NCBI GenBank assembly: GCA_963666055.2
Contig: CAXWPH010000002.1
Span: 194,759 to 258,758, forward strand
Direction of reading: 5' to 3'
Length of the DNA stretch: 64,000 bases
Source: Acidobacteriota bacterium
GTDB lineage: Bacteria > Acidobacteriota > UBA890 > WLXD01
The number at the start of each line of letters is the position of its first letter. The stretch's first letter is position 1. The translations under genes and the position numbers were made by a program. Under the pieces are notes generated by a model. That model was not told the DNA's origin. It made no database searches and worked only from the letters and a program-made list of their open reading frames with translations. Shown in pieces: positions 29,401-38,623 of this stretch.

Positions 29401-32400
29401 GGTCGTCAAGCGGCGTGGGCGAGGCGGACGCACGCGCTTGGGTCGCGGCCGAGGCCCCCAGCAGGTCGGCCGCGAGAGCGGCGTCGGTGCGATAGCCACC
29501 CGCCAGCAGGCGTATTTCGCCAAAGGCCCGGAGGCTGCCCTGCGGCGACGCGCTGATGGTCACGTCCGCGTCGCCGAGCGCCCGACCGCCGCCGCCCTCG
29601 ACCACGATCGAGCGTGCGGTGATCCGGGCGAGCCCGGTGGGGCGCATGGGATCGGCCAGGTCGAAGTCGAGAAACAGCATCGCCTCGCCACCGTTGACGA
29701 TGCCGTGTAGCCCGTCGGTGTGTATCTGGGTGTCGGTGATCGTCAGCGTGCCGTTGACGTCGCTCACCACGACCTGCGGATCAGCGACAATAAAACCGAC
29801 GTCCGTGAGTACGATACGTCCGTCGAAGCTGGGCCGTGTCGCCGTGCCGGTGATTTCGAGTGTGGCGTGTGCGCCCCCCTCGACTGCCCCAGCCTTGATC
29901 ATCGGCACGATCCAGCCGAGCTGCAGCTGTGACTCGAGCCGCAAATCGAGCTGCTGTCGATCACCGAGCTCGATTGCGCCCGTCACAATCAAACTGACTT
30001 CGTCCCCACCCGGCCGCGTCCATATCCAGTCGACGATACGCACTACTCCGTCTTCCAGGCGCAGTCGTGTCGGTCGAAGCTGGGACACTGTGATGCCGTT
30101 GCTGCTGAGCCTCAACGAGTCCAGCTGGAGATCTGCTCGGGCGTCGGCGAGCTCCAATGTGGGCATAGCCACCTGCAGCGACAAGGTGGCCTCGCCGTCG
30201 AGCTCGGCGGTCAGCTCGGGACCCAGGAGCAACGCTAGCTCGGCGGCGCTTACGGGGCCGAGCCGAGCCCGCAATACTGCCGGCTCGGGTGCCGGCCGTT
30301 CGGTGTCTCCGACAAGCAGGGCCAGCGGGATCTCTGCATCGGCTTCCAGCTCGGCGCCTTGCCAGCGCCCTCGCAACTCTCCCAGATGCAAGCCGCGCCC
30401 GTCGACCGAGGCTTGCAGCTGTACGCCTTCGAGCGTCGTTGTGTTGTCGAGCTGTACTTCGCCGTCGACGATTCGAACTGATCCCTCGGGTTGCGGCTCC
30501 AACAGCGTACCGCCGACGTGCAGCTCGGCATCAAGATCTCCGGACAACACGACCCGTCGCGTGTCGGGCGCGCCGGTGGCGAGCGTCAGCCCCATCGTGG
30601 CCAGGTCAGAGAGCCGCGAAAGGTCTCCGCGCAACCGGCCGTGGAGACCCGGCAGGGCGGGATCGCTGCCCAGCACACCGGCAACCGATAGGTCGAGGTC
30701 GCCGACGCGCAGCGCCAAGTCCTCGATGCTCACCTCGGTCGGACTCCACATCACCCGTCCGGGAATCACGCTGCGAACCGGGAATCGTGGTAGGTCCACG
30801 TACAACGACCAAAGGTCGACCACTATGGTCGATGTCGTAAGATCGACGCCGAGAGCGACTTCGGCGCGGGCCGATTCAATGTAGGCGAGCTCCGGCCGAT
30901 CACCGAGGTCGCCGGGTGCCGGCAGATCAAGCTCCCCCAGGAGGTCGATGTGCTTGCCGCCCGGGTCGATTACTCCGCTGACCTTTATCCGGTTGTTGCC
31001 GGCACTGGCAGTCAGTTCGTCGATGCGAATGCCGTGCGTGGCGGGCGACAAGCGAGCCCGCGCATCAATGGGTACGCCGCCGCCGATGCGAATGGCGTGC
31101 GCGTCGACGGTGCCCTCGATTCCCGGGAGAGGTAGTAGCCCCTGGAACGTCAGGTCCCAATCAAGCGATCCGCTGATGCCACCGCCGGCGACCAGTCGCT
31201 CGCCCAGCCGCACAGCGTCGAGGGCGGCTTCGAGATCGGTCACATGGCCACGTACTCGTCCTGCGACGTGGCCACTGGCGTACAGCTCCAGGTCGGCTTC
31301 CATGGTGCCGCCAGGGAACTGCACCGACGCATCACGCAGGGTGATCGAATCGCCGCTTGTCGCGATGTCGGCGGCCGCCGTCAACCAACCCGCAGCGCCG
31401 AAACGAAGCTGCTCGACCCGAGCGTGCCCGGAGATCCGCGGTTCGAGCAAGGTTCCGGTGACAGCGAGCTCCGCCGTTGCTTGCCCATCTGCCGTGGCAA
31501 GCGCCTCCAGGAGATCGGGTGCAACGTCGCTGAGACGACGAGCCACCGAGCCAACGTTGTCGACGGTGAGGTGTGCCGTCCCGTCGAGAGTGCGGCCCTC
31601 GACAGCACCCGTCAGCTCGGCCCCGATCCACAGCCCCGCAGCTACGTCGACGTCGATGCTGGCGCGCCACACACCGGCGGACAAGACGGCCTCCAGGCGT
31701 CCATCGAGCGGTACCGCGTCCGCGTCCGGCGAGCTCTCGTTGAAGCTCATCAGCAAGGACGCGGTGGTGTCTGCGACTGCCGGTGCCAGCCCAGGCCACT
31801 CGGCGTGCGCCTCACCGCTCAGCCGTGTGGCGGGAACGATCCAGCCGGAGCCCGGTGCTGCGGCGAGTAGCCGTACGGGATCGACATCCTCCCACCTCAC
31901 TACGAAGTGGCTCACCGTGCCCGCCGCGAGGCCGATGTGCAGGTCACCGGTGAGATCGCCGCCGCCGAGTTCGGCGCGCAGCGCATCGATGCGGATCGCC
32001 TGCTGGTCGGCCTGGATGTGACCGCGCAGTCGTCGCAGCGACACCCCCCTCGATGACGCCGTCTCGATATCCAGCATCATATCTACAGTCGGCGCCGGCG
32101 CCGGGCCGCTTAGCGGCCCCGCCACCGACAGCGCGCCGCCGGCGACGTCGAGCCCGACAAGTTCGCCTAGTGTGTCCAGCAGGACTTGCGTCCGGACCTC
32201 GAGCGCCAGCTCGCGGTCGGCAAGCAACCGTTCGATGGTGCCGTCGATCTCCAGGCGGGCTGCGGCGCTGTCGAAGCGCAGCTGGTCGATGCCCAAGTTG
32301 CGCCCGTCCCAGCTAAGCTGGCCTCCGGAGAGTTCGATCTGCGCTTGGCGGTCGGCGATGCGCAGACTTGCCGCACCCAGCATCTCGAGCTGTGGCTTTA

Positions 32401-32914
32401 TCGCATCCCCGAGATCGAGCCGGATGTCGCCGGCGTCGAATTCATAGCCCGCCGCTGCATCGTGCCACTCGATTTGCAGCTCGGAGATACGCAGTCGCTT
32501 CACCGGCACCGGCGCGGCGACACTCATTCCGCCACTCTCGAAATTACTGGTACCGTCTGCGGCCACGAAGACGGTGAGGCGTGGCCTTCTCAGCTCGATG
32601 TGCTGGAACGACAATCCGCGCCAGACGGAGCTCCACGGCAGATCGAGGGTGAGCTCGTCGGCATCGAAATACGGGCGCTCCTGGCCCGGAGTGCGCAGTT
32701 GTAGCCCGTGCAATCGAAACCATAGTGTCGGTAGCCGGTAGTCGAGCCGATCAGCATGCACGCCCCCTTCGGGGGCGATCCGTGCCAGCACGGCAGCGAG
32801 CACGCGCGCCCGCGCCCACGGCGTGTGCAGGGCGGCGATTCCGGCGACCGCCGCTAGAGCCGCCAGAGCACAGAAGACCAACAACCGGCGGCGGCGACTC
32901 GACATGCGTATCAT
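26417..32914 (-). CDS. TamB-like (AsmA N-terminus ... DUF490 C-terminal module) fused to Omp85/BamA-TamA-like (about 5 POTRA + beta-barrel) protein
   Basis: One uninterrupted ORF (track 26417..33049). Likely start is MIRMSSRRRRLLVFCALAALAAVAGIAAL (32914), avoiding the divergent gene at 32946. DUF490-like ...ISVLLTGSAFNPIVEASAESGLDSGDVLSLMATGRT...VELQHQLVLGG ends near 28660. POTRA repeats run from RVRSVQFEGSSGYTADVLRRELRV (about 28621). The barrel has RFVAGGSTSLRGY, FLDAGSAF and a terminal GRFHFGIGHIF. Confidence 0.85.
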   Translation of the reverse strand: MIRMSSRRRRLLVFCALAALAAVAGIAALHTPWARARVLAAVLARIAPEGGVHADRLDYRLPTLWFRLHGLQLRTPGQERPYFDADELTLDLPWSSVWRGLSFQHIELRRPRLTVFVAADGTSNFESGGMSVAAPVPVKRLRISELQIEWHDAAAGYEFDAGDIRLDLGDAIKPQLEMLGAASLRIADRQAQIELSGGQLSWDGRNLGIDQLRFDSAAARLEIDGTIERLLADRELALEVRTQVLLDTLGELVGLDVAGGALSVAGPLSGPAPAPTVDMMLDIETASSRGVSLRRLRGHIQADQQAIRIDALRAELGGGDLTGDLHIGLAAGTVSHFVVRWEDVDPVRLLAAAPGSGWIVPATRLSGEAHAEWPGLAPAVADTTASLLMSFNESSPDADAVPLDGRLEAVLSAGVWRASIDVDVAAGLWIGAELTGAVEGRTLDGTAHLTVDNVGSVARRLSDVAPDLLEALATADGQATAELAVTGTLLEPRISGHARVEQLRFGAAGWLTAAADIATSGDSITLRDASVQFPGGTMEADLELYASGHVAGRVRGHVTDLEAALDAVRLGERLVAGGGISGSLDWDLTFQGLLPLPGIEGTVDAHAIRIGGGVPIDARARLSPATHGIRIDELTASAGNNRIKVSGVIDPGGKHIDLLGELDLPAPGDLGDRPELAYIESARAEVALGVDLTTSTIVVDLWSLYVDLPRFPVRSVIPGRVMWSPTEVSIEDLALRVGDLDLSVAGVLGSDPALPGLHGRLRGDLSRLSDLATMGLTLATGAPDTRRVVLSGDLDAELHVGGTLLEPQPEGSVRIVDGEVQLDNTTTLEGVQLQASVDGRGLHLGELRGRWQGAELEADAEIPLALLVGDTERPAPEPAVLRARLGPVSAAELALLLGPELTAELDGEATLSLQVAMPTLELADARADLQLDSLRLSSNGITVSQLRPTRLRLEDGVVRIVDWIWTRPGGDEVSLIVTGAIELGDRQQLDLRLESQLQLGWIVPMIKAGAVEGGAHATLEITGTATRPSFDGRIVLTDVGFIVADPQVVVSDVNGTLTITDTQIHTDGLHGIVNGGEAMLFLDFDLADPMRPTGLARITARSIVVEGGGGRALGDADVTISASPQGSLRAFGEIRLLAGGYRTDAALAADLLGASAATQARASASPTPLDDLSYDIRVSTVDDLRIDTPYAELGLAVDLQIVGTFARPGVLGRMTVREGGIVRLAGNAYSVDLGIIEFAETNRVAPTLNIAARAEIGGEQISVLLTGSAFNPIVEASAESGLDSGDVLSLMATGRTVAAAGNAGREVLAEQAFDLLTGQYLAGAVRQLGFESVRFERGGVAAAAQSELFPRDTDLTSRLTLTRSIGTTFDLVFSQNLTNTDERSWIGTLRLPFGLALRGGTFDDGTRSVELQHQLVLGGDTRGASAGRTAPRVRSVQFEGSSGYTADVLRRELRVGSGDRFDFLRWQEDRDRLLRLYHRRGYLEVDIRARRSPPAGTDPRSFTGIDLTYAIDRGPETVLTVEGNLPNGVRQELLETWGDSVLTEFLLEDMRQIVRAYLAGRGHVRPAVAVELIADGARKEILLRFDPGERYRRGESAIVGNAGLDPDTIRRRLREQGLAATDWTQQDALASAVRDLYVERGWLDTVVQASGPEIDGDEARMRIEIDEGHRYRLGQVSFAGNAAVGEAALREVLATRPGDAYDRGELAMAVDAVLEAYLQRGHNGTTVRATIEASAEASRVDVVMHIDEAPQQILTDVRIDGLERVRRSVVAGAVRARRGSPLVLRDLQAARRRLYATGVFERIKLEVQHSGPASNGRQPVVLRVEVEEQPRLRIRYGVQLLSDETLEDQRETQAGVAATVSHSALLGLPAELSVTARYRGKDRLIRGVLGFHGLFGAPVRTALIGERSGSETEGFFTTRVDNTEFALEQRLSLSSSLTVGYSYSLKRARSTLVGQDFQLEPVTSARLVPTIIHDTRDDRLEPSRGLFQSASLEWAPARLGSELLFRKLHLKQYAFFSLGRLTFASAIRFGSGISLDPTSTQLPRSERFVAGGSTSLRGYPDGTVGGTDFFGTFVPGGNAVLVLNQEARFPIWRWIRGVAFLDAGSAFATASDIRLGRLKLSTGLGIRLVTPYLTLRLDYGVRLSDLSHLPDAPGGRFHFGIGHIF

Positions 32915-32945
32915 TCTGCCAAATCCTCGTTTGCGGAGTCTGACC

Positions 32946-33489
32946 ATGGAAACGGCCTGGATCGATACCCTCAGCGACGAAAGCGCCTCTCCGGAGCTCG
33001 CCAAGCTGTACGATCGTGCGCTCGACCCTGTCTCCGGCGAGCTCGACAACGTCCTCCGGGTGCACTCGCTGCACGCCGCTGGACTCAGCGCCCACCTCGA
33101 GCTCTATACCGCGGTGATGCGCGGTACACCCGGGCTGCGCACCGTCGAGCGCGAGATGATCGCGCTCGACGGTGTCGCAGTTGAACGGCTGCGGCTACTG
33201 AATCACCCATCACCGGCGTGGTTTACGCCGGCTGCTGCGCGACGACGAGCTCGCTGGTCGCATCGAGTCGAACTACCAGAATGCGGATCTCGGCGGCCGT
33301 CGCCTGGCTATGCTGTGCTTTACGGAGAAGCTCACGCTGCGCCCCTCAGAGATGCAACGCGCCGACGTGCTCGCCTTGCGTGCGGCTGGCTTCGGCGACC
33401 CGGACATTCTGGGCATCGTCGAGGTAGTCTCCTACTATGCCTACGTGAACCGCATCGCTGACGGTCTGGGAGTTGCACTTGAAGCCTGA
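32946..33489 (+). CDS. AhpD/carboxymuconolactone-decarboxylase-family 'peroxidase-related enzyme'; in-frame TGA (candidate Sec) plus one upstream 1-nt frameshift
   Basis: Frame 0 reads METAWIDTLSDESASPELAKLYDRALDPVSGELDNVLRVHSLHAAGLSAHLELYTAVMRGTPGLRTVEREMIAL up to 33167. After skipping nt 33168, frame +1 reads TVSQLNGCGY[TGA]ITHHRRGLRRLLRDDELAGRIESNYQNADLGGRRLAMLCFTEKLTLRPSEMQRADVLALRAAGFGDPDILGIVEVVSYYAYVNRIADGLGVALEA, stop at 33487..33489. This fits the AhpD core motif E-x11-C-x2-C-x3-H with TGA at the second Cys. Confidence 0.7.
33213..33231 (+). promoter_or_regulatory. SECIS-like stem-loop downstream of the in-frame TGA
   Basis: CCGGCGT-GGTTT-ACGCCGG: a perfect 7-bp stem with a GGUUU loop. 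It starts exactly 11 nt after TGA 33199..33201. Confidence 0.5.
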
Positions 33490-34051
33490 TCCGCCGCTGC
33501 TGACGATGGTGCCGGAATGGCGCCACGAAGATGATTCGGTGATCGCCGAGACCCGGATCTTCACGCTGCGTCGCCGACTGGGCGTGTCGCCAAGCCGGCC
33601 GGAGCAGCCTGGCGAATTCTTCTATATCGACTCCGCTGACTGGGTGAACGTGATCGCCTTGACGGCGGCGAACGAAGTGGTGGCGATCGAGCAGTTCCGG
33701 CATGGCAACGGCGAGGTCACGCTGGAGATTCCCGGCGGCATGGTCGACCCTGGCGAGGAGCCCCTGGTGGCGGGGGTGCGCGAGCTGGCCGAGGAAACCG
33801 GCTACGCTGGTCACGGGGCGCACCTGATAGGTAAGGCGACCCCGAATCCGGCGATCTTCAACAATTACTGCCATACGGTGCTGGTGCGCGACGCGGTCGC
33901 AGCACATGCGCCGACCCCAGAGCTACACGAGGAGATCGGCATCCGTTTGCTGCCGCTGGCGCAGATTCCCGAGCTCATCACCGCCGGTGTGATCCATCAT
34001 GCGATGGTGGTCACCGCGTTCCACTTTCTCGCCCTCCAGGGAACCAAGTGA
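33473..34051 (+). CDS. NUDIX hydrolase (ADP-ribose pyrophosphatase-like)
   Basis: Nudix box GGMVDPGEEPLVAGVRELAEETGY. Start is uncertain (TTG 33473 or ATG 33506). Confidence 0.85.
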   Translation: MHLKPDPPLLTMVPEWRHEDDSVIAETRIFTLRRRLGVSPSRPEQPGEFFYIDSADWVNVIALTAANEVVAIEQFRHGNGEVTLEIPGGMVDPGEEPLVAGVRELAEETGYAGHGAHLIGKATPNPAIFNNYCHTVLVRDAVAAHAPTPELHEEIGIRLLPLAQIPELITAGVIHHAMVVTAFHFLALQGTK

Positions 34052-35001
34052 CGCCGCTGAGCCGGCACCCGAAGCGCGTGGCGTTGAGCGTGGCGACGAT
34101 CAGCGCCATGGTTCTGGCGTGCCAGCCACCCCCTGGCGACCTGCGCATTGCTTGGGCGCCGGTGGAGTCGTTCAACCGCGGGTTGCCAGACCGGATTCGT
34201 GTGTATGCTGGCGCCGATCCCAGCATCCCGTTACGCGCTTGGTACGTAAGGGTGCAGCGACACAGCGGCGGCCAGCTCGCCCGGGTATCGATCTCCACCG
34301 ACGACGACGGCGTGGAGACGATTTCGGAGTTCGCGGCCCGGACATCGGCGCGTGTGGTCATTAACGCGGGATTCTTCCGCACCGACACCGAGCTACCGCA
34401 ACACATCGGCCTCTTGCTGATCGATCAAGTGCTCCTACAGCGGCCGCTGACGTCGGTCATCTACGACGAGCAGCGCTACTACGTGGCACGTGCGGCGCTC
34501 GGTTTGATGCTTGACGGTTCGGCTGACGTTCTCTGGGTCACCGGACACGAAGGCTTGCTTTACGAACAATCGGAGCCACCGCAGAATGTGCCGAACGCGC
34601 CGGCGGCGGAACCGCAGGCTGATTCCTTGGTCGAGTGGCCGGTGCGCGACGCGGTAGCCGGGGGGCCGGTCCTGGTTGACGCTGGTGAGGTGCGAGTCAC
34701 GAGTCATCAAGAAGTTTTCTTTGGCACCGCTAGCGAAGAGGCGCATCCGCGCTCAGCGGCGGGCGTAACCGCCGCGGGAGAGTTGATCGTCATAGTGGTC
34801 GATGGTCGCCAACGGGAGAGCCGTGGGGTAGATCTGCGGGAGCTGGCCGAGCTGATGCGCGACGTCGGCTGCGTCGAGGCGCTCAATCTCGACGGCGGTG
34901 GATCGTCGACGCTGGTCGTTGACGGCGCACTGGTAAACCGGCCGCTGGGGAGTGAGTCGCAGCGCGAGGTCATGTCGGCGCTGATGGTCATGGAACCTTG
35001 A
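34048..35001 (+). CDS. phosphodiester glycosidase-family (DUF2233/NAGPA-like) lipoprotein
   Basis: Lipobox-like ISAMVLAC. Motifs VVINAGFF, RSAAGVTAAGELIVIVVDGRQ..SRGVDLRELAELMRDVGCVEALNLDGGGSSTLV. GTGA overlap with the NUDIX stop. Confidence 0.75.
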   Translation: MTPLSRHPKRVALSVATISAMVLACQPPPGDLRIAWAPVESFNRGLPDRIRVYAGADPSIPLRAWYVRVQRHSGGQLARVSISTDDDGVETISEFAARTSARVVINAGFFRTDTELPQHIGLLLIDQVLLQRPLTSVIYDEQRYYVARAALGLMLDGSADVLWVTGHEGLLYEQSEPPQNVPNAPAAEPQADSLVEWPVRDAVAGGPVLVDAGEVRVTSHQEVFFGTASEEAHPRSAAGVTAAGELIVIVVDGRQRESRGVDLRELAELMRDVGCVEALNLDGGGSSTLVVDGALVNRPLGSESQREVMSALMVMEP

Positions 35002-35039
35002 AGGCCTGCCGGGCCGCTGAAGATGGAGGGGATCAGACA

Positions 35040-36341
35040 ATGTCGAGGCGTTTTTGGTCGGTGGCGGTGTCGGGGTGGCTCGTGGTTGTTGCGGGGTGCT
35101 CCGCGCCTGAGCCGATCGAGGTTACTGAAGCCGATTTTGGGGCTGTGGCGCGTGGCATCCACGAGCGCGTCATCACTATCGATACTCACGACGACATCCC
35201 CGCGAGCTTTGCCACCACCGAGGTCGATCCGGGCGTTCGTGGCGATCGGCAGGTCGACCTGCCCAAGATGCGCGAGGGCGGCCTCGATGTGGCGTTCTTC
35301 GTCGTCTTCGTGGGTCAAGGCGACAACGACGCCGCCGGATACACTGGTGCCTACGAACAGGCGATGACGAAGTTCGAAGCGATCCATCGGCTGACCGAGC
35401 AGATGCACCCGGACTTGATCGAGCTGGCCACCAGCGCCGCTGATGTGGAGCGCATCGTTGGCGAGGGCAAGCTGGTGGCGGCGATCGGTATCGAGAACGG
35501 CTGGCCGGTGGGCGAGGACCTGACGAACGTCGCCAAGTTCCACGAGCTGGGTGGAGGCTATTTCGGATTGGTACACAACGGGCACAACCAGATCGCCGAC
35601 TCCACCAATCCGCGCGACGGCGAGCCCGCCGAGCTGCACGGTGGCGTGAGCGACTATGGCGCCGAGGTGATCGCCGAGGTCAACCGCGTGGGCATGATGA
35701 TCGACGTGTCGCACGCCTCCAAGGCAGCCATGCTCGAGGCCCTGGAGCTGTCTCAGGCGCCAGTGATCGGGTCGCACTCGGGATGCAGCGCGCTGTGCGA
35801 TGTGAGCCGCAACATGGATGACGAGCAGCTGCTGGCCCTGAGGGAGAACGGTGGCGTGATTCAGATGGTTGCGCTCGGTGACTTCGTGAAGATCACGTCG
35901 GAGCGCGAGGCGGCCATCGACGAGCTGGCGCGCGAGATCGCCGGCATGGACAGCATGCGGGCGCTACGCCGTAGCCGTTTCTCCGCCCCCGAGGAGGAGC
36001 GTCCTGCGATCGAGCTGCAGCTGGCCGAGATTCAGGCGAGAGTGGTGGCGGAGGTCGATCCCGTGTATCCAGCGGCGAGCGTCGCCGACTTTGTCGATCA
36101 CATCGACCACGCCGTGAACCTGATCGGTCTCGAGCATGTCGGTATCAGCTCCGACTTCGACGGCGGCGGTGGCGTGGTCGGCTGGAACGACGCCAGCGAG
36201 ACCCTGAACGTGACGCTGGAGCTTGTCCAACGTGGCTATAGCGAGGACGAGATCCGCGCTCTCTGGGGCGGTAACCTGCTGCGCGTTTGGCGTGAGGTAG
36301 AGGAGGTGGCGCGGAGCATGCAGGCGTCGGGAGCTAGCTGA
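35040..36341 (+). CDS. membrane dipeptidase (peptidase M19), lipoprotein
   Basis: Start MSRRFWSVAVSGWLVVVAGC (ATG 35040). Motifs VITIDTHDDIP, GGLDVAFFVV, IENGWPVG, MIDVSHAS, VIGSHSG. ORF-track start is 34998. Confidence 0.9.
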   Translation: MSRRFWSVAVSGWLVVVAGCSAPEPIEVTEADFGAVARGIHERVITIDTHDDIPASFATTEVDPGVRGDRQVDLPKMREGGLDVAFFVVFVGQGDNDAAGYTGAYEQAMTKFEAIHRLTEQMHPDLIELATSAADVERIVGEGKLVAAIGIENGWPVGEDLTNVAKFHELGGGYFGLVHNGHNQIADSTNPRDGEPAELHGGVSDYGAEVIAEVNRVGMMIDVSHASKAAMLEALELSQAPVIGSHSGCSALCDVSRNMDDEQLLALRENGGVIQMVALGDFVKITSEREAAIDELAREIAGMDSMRALRRSRFSAPEEERPAIELQLAEIQARVVAEVDPVYPAASVADFVDHIDHAVNLIGLEHVGISSDFDGGGGVVGWNDASETLNVTLELVQRGYSEDEIRALWGGNLLRVWREVEEVARSMQASGAS

Positions 36342-36525
36342 GGCAAGACCTCGCACCGTCGCGTTGGCCCGCTTCGCTCGATTTGCACGACTGCTGGCGG
36401 CGGCGGACACTGGTGCGCGTTGGACTCAACGTCGAGCCGCCGAATGGTGGCGGCTCCATGCTCCTGAACAGGTCGAGTCGCAGGTAGCTTGACGGCCCCG
36501 CGTCTCCGGTAACCGAGGACGAGAC

Positions 36526-36923
36526 ATGCGTGGCTACTTATTTTTGGCCCATTCGGGCGTTCGCTATCTGGTGCTGCTGGCAGCGATCGTTGCCATCGCC
36601 TATTTGCTGATGGCGGTGATGCAGCGTCGCCCATTCGGCAAGGGGTCGCGCACGCTCAGTGCGATATACACTGGCCTGCTGGATTTGCAGACGCTGCTCG
36701 GCCTGATCAACATGATGGTGGTGCCGTTCTACCCGCGGCTACTCGGCCACATCTTCCTCATGTTCGGGGCCGTCTTCGCAGCCCACGGCTTCGTGATGAC
36801 CAACAAGCGCAAGTCGGAAGCCGAGCAGACTAACCTCGCCCCGCTGCTTGGCGTGGTCGTATCGGTGGGTCTCATCATCCTGGGCATCATGGCAATTGGC
36901 CGGCCGATCTTCGGCTCGTCCTG

Positions 36924-36924
<1 letters not shown>
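36526..36924 (+). CDS. hypothetical 4-TM membrane protein
   Basis: 132 aa with four hydrophobic segments. Its stop overlaps the start of the M32 gene by 1 nt (TGATG). Confidence 0.6.
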
Positions 36925-38419
<1,495 letters not shown>

Positions 38420-38423
<4 letters not shown>

Positions 38424-38463
38424 CACGGCCTGCTAGCAGGGTGCTGAAGAGCTCTGGTGGGTC
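38420..38463 (+). repeat. CTAG-anchored intergenic repeat, compound copy 2
   Basis: CTAG-CACGGCCTG-CTAG-CAGGGTGCTGAAGAGCTCTGGTGGGTC. A short opposite-orientation arm is followed by a diverged full arm. The first CTAG contains the M32 stop codon. Confidence 0.5.
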
Positions 38464-38623
38464 ACGTGCGTGGGTCTTGCTGGCGAGATCAAGAAAGAGC
38501 GGCGGCGCCGTGCCTTCACGGCGTGGGCTCGAGCCTGCCACCCTACACCCGACCCCACGGCTCCGATAAGGTTCGAGCCTGAACCCCTATACCAACAAGC
38601 ACTGTTGTACTCGGAGGTCTGTC

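Noticed and set aside
29556-32021. Plus-strand ORFs of 442 aa (29556..30884) and 357 aa (30948..32021)
   Set aside because: They lie entirely inside and antisense to the TamB-Omp85 gene. Their Ser/Pro/Arg/Ala-rich nonsense composition is typical of high-GC antisense frames.
34707-35777. 356-aa minus-strand ORF
   Set aside because: It is antisense to the DUF2233 and M19 dipeptidase genes, both of which have clear family motifs.
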